Source: an uncultured Bacilli bacterium
GTDB lineage: Bacteria; Bacillota_I; Bacilli_A; RF39; UBA660
Reading direction: 5' to 3'
Length of the DNA stretch: 63,929 nt
Assembly (NCBI GenBank): GCA_947625635.1
Contig: CANQPA010000002.1
Span: 1 to 63,929 of the forward strand
How positions within the stretch are numbered: the first letter of the stretch is position 1; each line of letters starts with the position of its first letter. The notes under the pieces were generated by a model. That model had not been told where the DNA came from. It saw only the letters and a list, made by a program, of their open reading frames with translations, and did no database searches. Both the position numbers and the translations under genes were made by a program. Below, piece after piece: positions 36,101 to 47,372 of this stretch.

Positions 36101-36866
36101 TCACCTCTTTTGCCAAATTTATATATGCCTCTGTACCCCTACTCTTAGGATCGTAGGCATGTATTGGTTTGCCATGACTAGGAGCCTCTGACAATCTAAC
36201 GAGTCTAGGAATTATAGTATCATAAACTTTTTCTTTAAAATAACTTTTAATTTCTTCAACTACTTCCAATCCTAAATTAGTTCTATTGTCTAACATAGTA
36301 AGTAAAACTCCTTCTATGTCTAAACTTGGATTCAGCTTTTTTTGAGCTATCATTATTGAATTTAATAGTTGCATGATACCTTCTAATGCAAAAAATTCAC
36401 ATTGAACAGGAATTATGACAGAATTAGACGATGCTAAAGCATTAGTTGTTATTAATCCTAAAGATGGCGGACAATCAAGAATTATATAATCAAATATATC
36501 ACTTATTTCACCTAAATATTTTTTTAACTGCATCTGTGGAACAAATGATGGATTTAATCTGGCCATTTCAGCAAGTTCCATATCAACACCTGCTAAATTT
36601 ATTGAAGCAGGCATTAGGTATAAATTCTTAAATTTTGTTTTTACAACAACTTTTTTTACCTCGGCACGATCTACTAATAATTCATAAACACTATTTTGAA
36701 GTTCACCTTTGTTTACTCCAACTCCAGTTGTGCTGTTACCTTGTGGATCTAAATCTACTAATAAAGTTTTTTTGCCTAAAAGTCCTAGGGATGCTGCCAA
36801 ATTTATACTAGATGTAGTTTTTCCAACTCCACCTTTTTGATTAACAAATGCTATTATTTTTCCCAT
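36081..36866 (-). CDS. parA: chromosome partitioning ATPase ParA/Soj
   Basis: MGKIIAFVNQKGGVGKTTSSINLA is a deviant Walker A. The start at 36866 follows an AAGGTGA RBS. Confidence 0.95.
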   Translation of the reverse strand: MGKIIAFVNQKGGVGKTTSSINLAASLGLLGKKTLLVDLDPQGNSTTGVGVNKGELQNSVYELLVDRAEVKKVVVKTKFKNLYLMPASINLAGVDMELAEMARLNPSFVPQMQLKKYLGEISDIFDYIILDCPPSLGLITTNALASSNSVIIPVQCEFFALEGIMQLLNSIMIAQKKLNPSLDIEGVLLTMLDNRTNLGLEVVEEIKSYFKEKVYDTIIPRLVRLSEAPSHGKPIHAYDPKSRGTEAYINLAKEVIDRNGN

Positions 36867-37011
36867 TTTTTCACCTTTTTTCATTTTTCTTTTATATATA
36901 TTTAGTTTATCATATTTTTAAGAATAAATCTATCGTTTTTAACATCAATCTAAAAATTTACATTCTAGAATATTGTATTTATTTTGTTCATACTATTTAT
37001 TGGGTGAAATA

Positions 37012-37971
37012 ATGAAGAAGATTTTAATCTTATTTGGTGGGAACACTTATGAACATAATATTTCATGTCAATCTGTAAACTTTGTAATTAATAACATTGA
37101 TTTAAAGTTATTTGATTATACTGTCGTAGGATTAGATTATGATAATAATTTTTATGAAATAAAAAAAAATACGAATATAGATTCTAATTGGAGACAAAAT
37201 ATTAAAGAACCTATAAGAAATATTATTGAATATTTAAAACAATTTGATAAAATATTCCCAGTAATACACGGATCATTAGGTGAAGATGGAAAATTACAAA
37301 GTTTATTTGAAATGTTTAAAATAAATTTTGTTGGTTGCGACTCATTCAGCAGTCTAATATGTTTTGATAAATTATTTACTAAATTAATATTGGAAAAATA
37401 TTCTATACCTCAAGTCCCTTATGTAATATACAATAAAAATGCTAATTTAAATAAAATAGAATTTCCAGTTATAGTTAAGCCTTGTAAGTGTGGTTCTTCT
37501 ATAGGTATTAGTATAGCTAACAATAAAAAGGAATTAACTAAATCACTTAAAAAGGCTTTAAAATATGATAAAAATATTGTTATAGAAAAATTTCTAGATA
37601 ACAATAGAGAACTGGAATGTGCAATAATTGAAAAAAATAATAAATTGATTATATCTGATGTTGGTGAAATAATTAATACAAAAAAATGGTATGACTTTGA
37701 TTCAAAATATTTATCTAAAACAAATACTATAATATCAACTATAGATGATTCTATAAAAAAGGAAATAAAAAATTATTCAAAAATGATTTTTAAAATATTA
37801 GGATGTAAGGACTTGTGTAGAATTGATTTCCTTTATGATAAGAGTAATAATAAATTATATTTTAATGAAATTAATACAATTCCTGGTTTTACACAAATAA
37901 GTATGTATCCTAAATTAATTATGAATTCTAAAATAAGTAGTAAAGAATTAATAACTATTCTGCTTTCTTAA
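37012..37971 (+). CDS. ddl: D-alanine--D-alanine ligase
   Basis: MKKILILFGGNTYEHNISCQS...HGSLGEDGKLQSLFE...PVIVKPCKCGSSIGI...EINTIPGFT. Confidence 0.9.
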   Translation: MKKILILFGGNTYEHNISCQSVNFVINNIDLKLFDYTVVGLDYDNNFYEIKKNTNIDSNWRQNIKEPIRNIIEYLKQFDKIFPVIHGSLGEDGKLQSLFEMFKINFVGCDSFSSLICFDKLFTKLILEKYSIPQVPYVIYNKNANLNKIEFPVIVKPCKCGSSIGISIANNKKELTKSLKKALKYDKNIVIEKFLDNNRELECAIIEKNNKLIISDVGEIINTKKWYDFDSKYLSKTNTIISTIDDSIKKEIKNYSKMIFKILGCKDLCRIDFLYDKSNNKLYFNEINTIPGFTQISMYPKLIMNSKISSKELITILLS

Positions 37972-38031
37972 TAGACTAATTGTCTATAAATATTTTAACT
38001 AATGTATGAGAAAATTAAGTTGGTGATATAT

Positions 38032-38280
38032 ATGTCTGAAAATAAGAAAACTGATATTTATAATATTATAGGAAAAAATATAAAAAAATATAGAATTAAA
38101 AAAGGATTAAAACAACGAGAACTAGCTGAGACATTATATTTAAGTGATAGTTTTATTGCAAAACTAGAATCAATTACACATCAAACAATATCAATAGATA
38201 CTTTAGAAGATATTGCGGAAGTTCTTGGATGTGATATAAAAGATTTTTTTGATAGAAAAGTTATGGATGATAAAAAATAA
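38032..38280 (+). CDS. XRE-family helix-turn-helix transcriptional regulator
   Basis: ...IGKNIKKYRIKKGLKQRELAETLYLSDSFIAKLES.... Confidence 0.8.
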   Translation: MSENKKTDIYNIIGKNIKKYRIKKGLKQRELAETLYLSDSFIAKLESITHQTISIDTLEDIAEVLGCDIKDFFDRKVMDDKK

Positions 38281-38295
38281 TTAGTTTTATGTAAT

Positions 38296-38337
38296 AAAAA
38301 ACTGAAGATTTAATAAGGAAATATTCTTCAGTTTTTT
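38296..38337. terminator. bidirectional terminator between the XRE gene (+) and typA (-)
   Basis: aaaaaa-CTGAAGA-(16 nt)-TCTTCAG-tttttt. Confidence 0.6.
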
Positions 38338-38357
38338 ATTTATATTATTTTAAATTG

Positions 38358-40172
38358 CTATAATTTTTTTGACTCTTGTTTTTTTCTTTGCTCTGTATTT
38401 AAGATTTTTTTTCTCATTCTAAAATTTAATGGTGTAACTTCTACAAGTTCATCCTCATTTATATAATCTAGACAAATCTCCAAGCTCATAACTCTTGGAC
38501 GTTTTAATACTACAGTATGATCCTTGCTAGATGAACGAGTATTTGTTAAATTTTTTCCCTTTACCACATTTACAGCTAAATCATTATCGTGATTATTTTC
38601 GCCAACAATCATTCCTTCATAAACTTCTGTACCTGGTTCTATAAACATAACTCCTCTGTCCTCTAAATTACCAAGTGAATACGCTGTAGCTTTTCCATTT
38701 TCCATAGATACAAGCACACCATTTTTACGACTACCTACTTTAGTTCCTGCTTCTTTTCTATACTCTTTATAAGTATGATTAAGTATTCCATAACCTTTTG
38801 TCATTGTCATAAATTCAGTTGAAAAACCTATAAGTCCTCTTGTTGGTACTGTATAGTGAAGTTTTACCTCTTTATCCACGCTTGTCATGTTTTCCATAAC
38901 ACCTTCACGATTACCTAATGCTTCTATTACAGCACCGACATATTCTTCTGGTACATCTATTTGTACATCCTCAAAAGGTTCACAAATCTCACCATTAATC
39001 TCCTTTTTTATTATAGCTGGTTTTGATACTTGAAGCTCAAATCCTTCTCTTCTCATATTTTCAATTAATATAGATAAGTGTAATTCTCCCCTTCCTGACA
39101 CTATGAATGATTCAGAATCATTTTCAACTGGAGTAACTTTTAAGGATACATCTTTCTCAGTTTCTTTATATAATCTCTCTTCTATTTTACGAGCTGTTAC
39201 AATTTTACCTTCTCTACCACAAAATGGACTAGTATTAACTCCAAATGTCATTTGAAGTGTTGGCTCATCTATTCTAAGAATTGGAAGAGCCTCTTCTTTA
39301 CCTACTTCACATACAGTTTCTCCAACAGAAATATCAGGAAGTCCTGCAATACCAATAATATCCCCAGCACTTGCTTCATTTATTTCAATTCTTTTAAGTC
39401 CTAAAAAGCCATATATTTTAGCTACCCTAAACTGTTTTATAGTTCCATCAACTCTAACACAGCTTACCATCTGATTTAATTTAATTTTTCCACGTTTTAC
39501 AAGACCTATACCAATTCTACCTACAAAATCATTATAGTCAAGTAACGCAGGCTGAAATTGCAAAGATCCTTCTTCTTCTTTTGGTGATGGTATGTGCTCT
39601 ATGACCATATCTAATATTTTAGTCATATCGTGCTCTTGCGTTGTTATGTCATCTGAATAGCTGGATGTTCCATTTATAGCCGATGCATATACCACTGGAA
39701 AGTCTAAATCATCAATATCAGCACCTAATTCTATAAATAAATCCATTACTTCATCAATTACTTCTTTGGGTCTTGCTGATGGTTTATCTACTTTATTTAC
39801 AACTACAATTGGTTTAACTTTTGCATCTAGGGCCTTTTTTAAAACAAATCTAGTCTGTGGCATTGTTCCTTCATAAGCATCTACAACAAGCAAAACTCCA
39901 TCAACCATATTCATAATACGCTCTACTTCTCCTCCGAAATCGGCATGCCCTGGTGTATCTAATATATTTATTCTATAGTTTTTATAGTTTATTGCTGTAG
40001 TTTTAGCAAGTATAGTAATTCCACGTTCTCTTTCTATATCATTAGAATCTAGTGCTCTTTCTTGTACATCTTCATTTTCTCTAAATGTCCCACTTGCTTC
40101 AAGTAATTTATCTACAAGTGTAGTTTTTCCATGATCTACGTGTGCTATTATAGCTATATTTTTTTTCTTCAT
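38358..40172 (-). CDS. typA: translational GTPase TypA/BipA
   Basis: [17 protein letters not shown]...[14 protein letters not shown]...NKVD, 604 aa. Confidence 0.96.
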   Translation of the reverse strand: MKKKNIAIIAHVDHGKTTLVDKLLEASGTFRENEDVQERALDSNDIERERGITILAKTTAINYKNYRINILDTPGHADFGGEVERIMNMVDGVLLVVDAYEGTMPQTRFVLKKALDAKVKPIVVVNKVDKPSARPKEVIDEVMDLFIELGADIDDLDFPVVYASAINGTSSYSDDITTQEHDMTKILDMVIEHIPSPKEEEGSLQFQPALLDYNDFVGRIGIGLVKRGKIKLNQMVSCVRVDGTIKQFRVAKIYGFLGLKRIEINEASAGDIIGIAGLPDISVGETVCEVGKEEALPILRIDEPTLQMTFGVNTSPFCGREGKIVTARKIEERLYKETEKDVSLKVTPVENDSESFIVSGRGELHLSILIENMRREGFELQVSKPAIIKKEINGEICEPFEDVQIDVPEEYVGAVIEALGNREGVMENMTSVDKEVKLHYTVPTRGLIGFSTEFMTMTKGYGILNHTYKEYRKEAGTKVGSRKNGVLVSMENGKATAYSLGNLEDRGVMFIEPGTEVYEGMIVGENNHDNDLAVNVVKGKNLTNTRSSSKDHTVVLKRPRVMSLEICLDYINEDELVEVTPLNFRMRKKILNTEQRKKQESKKL

Positions 40173-40329
40173 TTTGATACACTTCCTTCAAAATACTTTA
40201 CAATTATAACACACTTTATTAAAAAGTCAAATATTACATTACATATTTGACTTTTAAAAAATTTTATATTATAGCAGACATAAAAATTTTTTATATATTT
40301 AAAAAACATATTGTTTATAAAATTAACTG

Positions 40330-40776
40330 TTATTTTATAATGTTCTTAAGTATATAGTCCATTGTTATTTTTATATCTGGAAAGCAATCTAAATTTTCTA
40401 ATTCTTCTCTAGAAAACCAACCTATATCATCACTTTCTTCCTTATTTAATTTAAAATTAGAATCATCATTTGGAATGGCCGCATATATAATATCTATGTG
40501 TAAATGCGTCTCACCATCGTTTGTAGTCCTTCTATTTTTTTGAATACCAAGCGGTCTAATAAAATCATCTTCTCTTGGAAATCTTTCTCCAAGTAGCCTA
40601 ACCCTTAATCCAGTTTCTTCATAAACTTCCCTAACAGCAGTTTCTTCTGGTGTCTCATTTCCTTCTATGTGTCCTCCGGGTTGAGTCCATTTTTTATTTT
40701 TTTTATGTTTAATTAATAATATTTTTTTTGTATAAGGATTTATTACAAATGCAGATGCGCAAAAATGTCTATTCAT
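40330..40776 (-). CDS. NUDIX hydrolase
   Basis: The Nudix box is GGHIEGNETPEETAVREVYEETG. Confidence 0.9.
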   Translation of the reverse strand: MNRHFCASAFVINPYTKKILLIKHKKNKKWTQPGGHIEGNETPEETAVREVYEETGLRVRLLGERFPREDDFIRPLGIQKNRRTTNDGETHLHIDIIYAAIPNDDSNFKLNKEESDDIGWFSREELENLDCFPDIKITMDYILKNIIK

Positions 40777-40864
40777 ACAACCACCAATTATAATATATCA
40801 AATTACTTTTTTGTTGTCACTAAAAATTAGAATTATTATCTTTCATTTACATATTTTTTACATT

Positions 40865-41587
40865 TTACTCTAAAACATCCTTTGAATTTGTATCTATATT
40901 TTTTTCATATATTACAATTTTTTCGTTTATATCAAGTGTTGCAAGTAATATATTCGATAAATCAGTATATCCTTTAATCTTTAATTCTTTATTTAACCAT
41001 TTTTCATCTTTTTTCATATTTTTTAAGTTACTATGCATTATTTTTCCATCTATTATTATATTAGCGCATAAACTTTCCCTAGATACCTTAACCTTCATAT
41101 CTGATGGTGTTAGTGGTCTATATTCTGACTTTGGAAGTATACTGAGTTTTCCACTTGCTTCCATTACGGCATATTCAACTTGTGATAAATCAAAATAACC
41201 ATTGCTTCTTATCTCTTCCAACATATCATTAATATCAAATTTAACCCTTTTTAAATTTCTTTCAAGTATTTTTCCATCTTGAATAATTATGGTGGGAGTA
41301 CCCATAAAAAATCTTCTTAAACTTATACTTTTGAGTGTTCCATAGGAAATTAGATAAGCTACTACACCAAATATTAATACTGCAACTATACCATTTATTT
41401 CATTTGATTCTAAATTAATAGTCATCTCCGCTGCAAAATTTCCTATAGATATACCAATTACATAATCAAATAATGATAACTGTGATACTTGTTTTTTCCC
41501 TAACATTTTTGTTACTAAAAAAAGAGTTACTAAAGAAGATAAGGCTCTAAGAGTTACATTACCTAATTCCTGAAAATCAATATTCAT
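40865..41587 (-). CDS. DUF421 (YetF-like) membrane protein
   Basis: ...LGKKQVSQLSLFDYVIGISIGNFAA..., 240 aa. Confidence 0.7.
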   Translation of the reverse strand: MNIDFQELGNVTLRALSSLVTLFLVTKMLGKKQVSQLSLFDYVIGISIGNFAAEMTINLESNEINGIVAVLIFGVVAYLISYGTLKSISLRRFFMGTPTIIIQDGKILERNLKRVKFDINDMLEEIRSNGYFDLSQVEYAVMEASGKLSILPKSEYRPLTPSDMKVKVSRESLCANIIIDGKIMHSNLKNMKKDEKWLNKELKIKGYTDLSNILLATLDINEKIVIYEKNIDTNSKDVLE

Positions 41588-41641
41588 AAAATCACCTAAA
41601 GTTATTATTTACAATATTTAAAATATAATACAAAAAAAGGC

Positions 41642-41860
41642 TTATTTAGCCTCTTTAGTAAATCCATATTTACGATTAAATTTCTCAACACGTCCTGCCT
41701 TTGAAACAATTGTTCCCTCTTTTTTATCTCCATAAAAAGGATGACACTTATCGCAAACTTCTAAGTGCAACTCACTTTTATTAGATTTAACGGTAAAGGT
41801 ATTTCCGCAAGCACAACTAACCTTTGTTTCTACATACTCTGGATGAATTCCTTTTTTCAT
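41642..41860 (-). CDS. rpmE: 50S ribosomal protein L31 (zinc-binding type A)
   Basis: [22 protein letters not shown]...CDKCHPFY. Confidence 0.95.
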   Translation of the reverse strand: MKKGIHPEYVETKVSCACGNTFTVKSNKSELHLEVCDKCHPFYGDKKEGTIVSKAGRVEKFNRKYGFTKEAK

Positions 41861-41989
41861 TCTATCTCTCCTTCCGCCATGACTAATAATTAATAGCCAT
41901 AGAAATTCAATTACTTACATAGTTTATCAAATATTAATTAAAATTTCAAGTACTTTTTACTAATATATGTAAATAATAAAATTATATAC

Positions 41990-42679
41990 CTATAAGCATT
42001 CATCTATTTCCATACTAGAATCCCAAATAAGTTTATATTTATAATATATTTTTTTTGGCATTTTATTAAACATTAAAATACCAGTTTCTATATGATCTTT
42101 TTTAATTAATTTAGGATTATTGTAATATTTTCTTTCTCTGTATACACTAGTTATTGTTGCAGTTTCTTTTTCTAAATCTTCTTCAAGATTATAGCCTACA
42201 TAAAAGTAATTATCATAAATAGGCTCTATCATAATAGAATTATTATATTTACAAATATTAAATGTTACTTTATTTTCATCTAGTTCTATGTGGCTATAAT
42301 CATATTTATTTTTAAGTATAAATGATAGTATTAATAGAAAAAGTAAGAAAAGTGTAAATAATATAGTTTTTAAAACTATGTTTAAAGTTTTAATTGAATT
42401 CTTTTTTAAAGTAGTTAAATTAATCTTTATTATATTTTCTTCTAATTTTTTTTGATACTCTTCCTTAGTTAATCTTTTTCCACTTAAAAGTTCATTAATA
42501 GATATATCAAGTATGTCACAAAGTGGTTTTAATAAAGATAAATCTGGCATGCATCTACCATTTTCCCATTTACTAATAGCCTTATCAGTGACACCCAATT
42601 TATCTGCTAGTTCCATTTGAGTTAAACCTTTTTCACGCCTTAATTCGAGTATAAATTTACCGATGTTTTCTTGATCCAT
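41990..42679 (-). CDS. membrane-anchored XRE-family HTH protein
   Basis: The N-terminal HTH is IGKFILELRREKGLTQMELADKLGVTDKAISKWENGRCMPD. A single TM helix (ILFTLFLLFLLILSFIL) follows, then an uncharacterised C-terminal domain. Confidence 0.75.
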   Translation of the reverse strand: MDQENIGKFILELRREKGLTQMELADKLGVTDKAISKWENGRCMPDLSLLKPLCDILDISINELLSGKRLTKEEYQKKLEENIIKINLTTLKKNSIKTLNIVLKTILFTLFLLFLLILSFILKNKYDYSHIELDENKVTFNICKYNNSIMIEPIYDNYFYVGYNLEEDLEKETATITSVYRERKYYNNPKLIKKDHIETGILMFNKMPKKIYYKYKLIWDSSMEIDECL

Positions 42680-42749
42680 TTCATCACCTCCAAATTAACT
42701 ATAACATAAATAATTAACATTTTAGTATACTAGAGGTAGAAAAAAACAA

Positions 42750-43406
42750 CTAATCGTTGCTTTTTCCAAATAACTGTAAGAGTCTTAAGAATATATTAAT
42801 GAAATCTAGATATAATTGTAAAGCACCATATATTGCTAAATTATCCTCATTTTCAATCATATATAAATTTCTTTTTATTACGTGTATATCGTATGCAATA
42901 TAAATTATAAATACTAATAATGCTACGATTGTTATTCCAAGATCAAATGTTTCACTACCTACAAACATATTTATTATTGTACAAATAATTACACCTAATA
43001 ATGCCATGAATAAATATATTCCTATCTTAGTTAAATCTAATTTTGTAAAATATCCTATTAATGCGAATATTAGAAATAATACCGATGTTATTCCAAATAC
43101 ATATACTATTGAAGTTACTTTGTATACTACAAATATTGAAGAAAATGTAAGTCCAGTTAAAAATGAATATAAACAGAAGAATATCTTAGCAGTCATTGGT
43201 TTCATCTTTCTAATTCTTAAACTTAACACTATTACTATAATTAATTCGAGTATTACTAGAAATATATAGTATTTAGAAAATACATTATATAGCATATTTT
43301 CATTCATAGATACATAATATCCTACTCCAAATGTAATTGCAAGTCCTATAAACATCCACATGAATACTTTGGAAAACAATTTATTATTTTGTAACATTTT
43401 TATCAC
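42750..43406 (-). CDS. Bax inhibitor-1/YccA family membrane protein
   Basis: Seven hydrophobic segments and the C-terminal ...GALQLYLDFINIFLRLLQLFG. Confidence 0.75.
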   Translation of the reverse strand: MIKMLQNNKLFSKVFMWMFIGLAITFGVGYYVSMNENMLYNVFSKYYIFLVILELIIVIVLSLRIRKMKPMTAKIFFCLYSFLTGLTFSSIFVVYKVTSIVYVFGITSVLFLIFALIGYFTKLDLTKIGIYLFMALLGVIICTIINMFVGSETFDLGITIVALLVFIIYIAYDIHVIKRNLYMIENEDNLAIYGALQLYLDFINIFLRLLQLFGKSND

Positions 43407-43431
43407 CCATTTTAATTATACAACTTTTTTA

Positions 43432-44091
43432 CTAATTAGTAAAGTTAAGTATTTTATCTGTAATATAGCTATAACCATCATTAGTTGGATATGATGACAT
43501 TATATAATTATTTAAAAGACTAATATCAACAAAATTTATATTATTTTTATCACAAATATTTTGTATTTTTTTATTAGCATATTGAATCATATCCTTATCA
43601 TTGATTATATTATAAAAGCTTAAGAAATATATTTTATCCTTATTATATTTTCTTATTAATATTAATAAATTATCTATATCATTTAACAAATTATCTATAT
43701 AATTATAGTCTATATTTTTTTTATATATTAAATCATTCATACCAATAGATATAGTTATTAGATTAGCTTTTATTAATAGATTTTGTAATTTATATTGTTT
43801 ATTATTAAAAGTAATTTCTTTATTATAATTAATATCATTCATTAAATCCATAACTCTATAATCATCTAAAGTAGAATAATTTACATAGTTATCTAATTTT
43901 TTTTTATAATATTCTTTTATATTATTACTATAACTATTATCTACATTTTCAAAGTTATTTATACCATAAGAAAGATAATCCCCTAAAGATAGATAATAAG
44001 TTTTCTCACTTATATTAAAAGAATATATTAAAAATATAATAACAAAAACTAATATAGTAAATATTATTTTTTTCATATTACCTAAGAACAA
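43432..44091 (-). CDS. SGNH/GDSL-type hydrolase with N-terminal anchor
   Basis: Block I is YYLSLGDYLSYG and block III is ISIGMNDL. An N-terminal hydrophobic helix is present. Confidence 0.6.
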   Translation of the reverse strand: MFLGNMKKIIFTILVFVIIFLIYSFNISEKTYYLSLGDYLSYGINNFENVDNSYSNNIKEYYKKKLDNYVNYSTLDDYRVMDLMNDINYNKEITFNNKQYKLQNLLIKANLITISIGMNDLIYKKNIDYNYIDNLLNDIDNLLILIRKYNKDKIYFLSFYNIINDKDMIQYANKKIQNICDKNNINFVDISLLNNYIMSSYPTNDGYSYITDKILNFTN

Positions 44092-44156
44092 ATATCAAAA
44101 TTTTAATTGACTTTTGTTCTATGCCTTTCTTTATATTTTTAATACTTTCCTAACAG

Positions 44157-44179
44157 ATAAAAAAAGTAGCTTAGCTACT
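44157..44179 (-). terminator. murA terminator
   Basis: The minus strand reads AGTAGC-taa-GCTACT followed by TTTTTTTA. Confidence 0.65.
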
Positions 44180-44187
44180 TAATTATA

Positions 44188-45435
44188 TTATTCCATTGTT
44201 ATTTTAGCACCAACATTTGTTAATTTTTCTAGTATTTTTTCATATCCTCTAAGTACATGATCAATATCTTTAATAGTTGTTGTACCTTTAGCTATTAAAG
44301 CAGCGAGTATTAAGCATGCTCCAGCTCTTAAATCTGTAGCTGTTACTTTAGCACCTTTAAGAGGGGTAGGTCCTTTAATTTTAATTTTTTTGCCACTTAT
44401 CTTTATATTAGCTCCCATTTTATTTAAATATGGTACATTTTGAAATCTATTTTCATATATTGTCTCTTCTAATGTAGATACTCCTGTACATTGAGTTAAA
44501 AGAGTTGTAATGGGTTGTTGTAAATCTGTTGGGAATCCTGGATATCCTAAAGTTTTTAAATTTACATGTTTAGGTTTTAGGCATTTATTTATAACTATAT
44601 AACTATTGCCTATTTTCATTTTAACACCCATCTCTTTTAATTTAAGAGTTAAAGATTCTACGTGTTCAGGTATAATATTTTCTATTCTAAGATTATCACC
44701 TAATAAAGCTCCTGCTATTATATATGTACCAGTTTCAATTCTATCAGGAATTACCTCAGCAAAGCATCCTTTAAGTTTTTCTACTCCCCTAATTCTAATT
44801 TCACTTGTTCCTGCACCTGTTATTTTTGCCCCCATATTATTTAAAAAAGTGGCAACATTTACTATTTCTGGTTCTTTAGCTGCATTTTCTATTATAGTGA
44901 GTCCTTTAGCTTTAACTGCAACTAGCATTGTATTTATAGTTGCTCCAACGCTTGGCATATCTAAATACACATGACCCCCTTTTAGTTCTGTCGCACTTAT
45001 TATAAATTTATTATCTTTTTCTTCAACAATTGCACCTAATGCTTCAAAACCTTTTAAGGTTTGATCTATAGGTCTTGCCCCTATTTTACACCCACCAGGA
45101 AAATACATTTCGACATGCTTATACTTGCCAAGTAAAGCAGACATGAAATAGTATGAGGCTCTAAGTTTACTTGAAACCTCTTTTGGAATTTTTTTATTTT
45201 TTATTTCTTTTGGATTTATAGTCATAAGTCCATTATCTAAACTCACTTTAGCACCTAGATATCTCAATATTTCATCTAGTGCATTTATATCTGAAATGTT
45301 TGGAATATTATCTATTTTTACTATACCATCTGATAATATAGAAGCAGGAACAAGTGCGACTGCACTGTTTTTTGCGCCACTTATCTTTATAGTTCCAGTA
45401 AGTGTTCTTCCACCTTCAATTTTTATTTGTTTCAT
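44188..45435 (-). CDS. murA: UDP-N-acetylglucosamine 1-carboxyvinyltransferase
   Basis: ...GTIKISGAKNSAVALVPA...PGGCKIGARPID.... Confidence 0.95.
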   Translation of the reverse strand: MKQIKIEGGRTLTGTIKISGAKNSAVALVPASILSDGIVKIDNIPNISDINALDEILRYLGAKVSLDNGLMTINPKEIKNKKIPKEVSSKLRASYYFMSALLGKYKHVEMYFPGGCKIGARPIDQTLKGFEALGAIVEEKDNKFIISATELKGGHVYLDMPSVGATINTMLVAVKAKGLTIIENAAKEPEIVNVATFLNNMGAKITGAGTSEIRIRGVEKLKGCFAEVIPDRIETGTYIIAGALLGDNLRIENIIPEHVESLTLKLKEMGVKMKIGNSYIVINKCLKPKHVNLKTLGYPGFPTDLQQPITTLLTQCTGVSTLEETIYENRFQNVPYLNKMGANIKISGKKIKIKGPTPLKGAKVTATDLRAGACLILAALIAKGTTTIKDIDHVLRGYEKILEKLTNVGAKITME

Positions 45436-45760
45436 AATACCTCCAAGACTATTATATTTTATGTTTATTGCCCAAATAGGTGTGCTTAACAGTCTTTAAA
45501 TATTATAACATATATACTTTTATATGTAAATTGGATATGAAATTCATTTTTTGATTTTGTTGCTGTAACAAATTTTATAAAACTATTTAATGTATAGCTT
45601 TTATGCGCCATATAATAATTACTATAAAAATTAATACTGAACGCTTCTATAAAAATTTTAATTAATATATGACATAAAAAAATTAATAATTAAAATTAAT
45701 TAAGTTAGTGAAAATATGATGATAAAAATCTATAACTGCAAGAGTCAAAAAAAATATTAT

Positions 45761-46291
45761 TTATATAAAATAAATTATTCCAAGTAATATTAAGGCTACA
45801 CCACCAAGCAGTGTTGCTAAAGAACCTATTACTTCATTTAATTTATTTCCAAGTAATAATCCAATATATGTAAACAAAAAACTAGTAATTGAGAAAATAC
45901 TTGAACAAAGTAAAAAATTATTACTTATATTATTCATACCAATACCAACCGAAAAACTATCTATACTAACCGCAAGTCCAAATAGTATCATTTCGCTTAT
46001 TTTCATTTTTTTTATATTTTCATCTGTTTTAAATGTTTCTATTATCATATTTATTCCTATAAATGAAAATATTACAAGCGTTATTAAATTTTCACCTATC
46101 GGTACTATTTTAATTATAAATTTTCCTATAATCATTCCAAATATTGGCATAAAAAAATGATATACTCCAACTATAATAGATAATATTTTTATTTCTTCTT
46201 TTGAAATAGAAATAGTTCCATATGCTAAAGCAAGAGAAAAAGCATCCATACTTAAACTAATTGCAATAAAAAATAAGAGTATTATATTCAT
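45761..46291 (-). CDS. mntP: manganese efflux pump MntP
   Basis: MNIILLFFIAISLSMDAFSLALAYG, with the repeated motif AVSIDSFSVGIG. Confidence 0.85.
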   Translation of the reverse strand: MNIILLFFIAISLSMDAFSLALAYGTISISKEEIKILSIIVGVYHFFMPIFGMIIGKFIIKIVPIGENLITLVIFSFIGINMIIETFKTDENIKKMKISEMILFGLAVSIDSFSVGIGMNNISNNFLLCSSIFSITSFLFTYIGLLLGNKLNEVIGSLATLLGGVALILLGIIYFI

Positions 46292-46322
46292 AGATTCACC
46301 TATAAAATAATACTCATTATTT

Positions 46323-46853
46323 TTAAAAATATTTATCTATTATAGTTTTAACCATAGTAGTATACTCTACATCTGTTGTATTACTGTCTTCTGCCTCTAA
46401 GAGGCATAATGGAGGAAACAATACACACCACCAGTTGTCGCCTAATCCTTCTCCTAATGTTATTACAACTGATTCATAGTATCCTTCATCATATGTTATT
46501 CCTTTAAATTCCTTTTTAGGAAAGTAATTTAATCCAAAATTAATTGTAAACGGTAATTCATACTCTTCTTCTTGTAAAGTTGTGTAAACTTTGTCCTCTA
46601 ATGACGATAGATGCCTTTTAATACGACTTCTAGCTTCTTCTAAGGTTTTTGTATCTTTCAACAATTTATACATATCACTTTCTACTGTTTTTTTTACTTT
46701 ATATTTAATGTTTTGATCATATTCAGAATTTGAATTGGCAATTACTCGTATCCTTATCGCATCATCTGGAATTATATTACTTACTGCAATTACATTTCCT
46801 ATTATTATATATGCCAATATTGTAAATAAAAAGGCTAAAAGAATTTTTTTCAT
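46323..46853 (-). CDS. spoIIR: stage II sporulation protein R
   Basis: ...IRIRVIANSNSEYDQNIKYKVK...GDNWWCVLFPPLCL.... Confidence 0.85.
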   Translation of the reverse strand: MKKILLAFLFTILAYIIIGNVIAVSNIIPDDAIRIRVIANSNSEYDQNIKYKVKKTVESDMYKLLKDTKTLEEARSRIKRHLSSLEDKVYTTLQEEEYELPFTINFGLNYFPKKEFKGITYDEGYYESVVITLGEGLGDNWWCVLFPPLCLLEAEDSNTTDVEYTTMVKTIIDKYF

Positions 46854-46916
46854 TTTATCACCTATTTAATATTGTACATAATAATAATTTTTATACATAA
46901 AATAATATTTTATTTC

Positions 46917-47372
46917 TTATTTATGGTACGATTCATTATTTTTTATAGTAAATGCTCTATAAAGCTGTTCCAACAACATGACCCTAAATAATTGATGTGG
47001 AAATGTCATCTTGGAAAAAGAAAGTTTATAATTGCTTCTTTCCTTTATATATGAATGAATACCATATGAACCACCTATAATAAATGTTATATTTGAATGT
47101 TTATTAAATATGTTATCTATTTTAGATGAGAACTCATTACTGTCAATCATATTTCCATCCAACTCTAATGTTATAATATAGTCTTTCTCATCAATATACT
47201 TTTCTATTAATTCCTTTTCTTTTATTAATGTTATATTAATATTTTTAAAATTACTATCCTTAACTTCAATTATATCAAGTTTAGTATATTTGGATAATCT
47301 TTTTTCATACTCAGCAATTGCATCTCTTAAATATTTCTCTTTTATTTTTCCAACACAAATTATTTTTATCAT
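46917..47372 (-). CDS. rlmH: 23S rRNA (pseudouridine1915-N3)-methyltransferase RlmH
   Basis: MIKIICVGKIKEKYL...FIIGGSYGIH...MTFPHQLFRVMLLEQLYRAF. Confidence 0.93.
   Translation of the reverse strand: MIKIICVGKIKEKYLRDAIAEYEKRLSKYTKLDIIEVKDSNFKNINITLIKEKELIEKYIDEKDYIITLELDGNMIDSNEFSSKIDNIFNKHSNITFIIGGSYGIHSYIKERSNYKLSFSKMTFPHQLFRVMLLEQLYRAFTIKNNESYHK

Noticed and set aside
45436-45760. 325-bp gene-free spacer between mntP and murA, as a possible small RNA locus
   Set aside because: It is extremely AT-rich, with no stable stems, no terminator-like hairpin and no recognisable RNA family signature. It most likely holds just the murA promoter region. The long AT-rich gaps at 30613-30845, 40173-40329 and 5943-6259 look similar.
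46292-46322. Expected yybP-ykoY manganese riboswitch upstream of mntP
   Set aside because: Only 31 nt separate the spoIIR stop from the mntP start, which leaves no room for the riboswitch. mntP is probably co-transcribed or regulated differently here.
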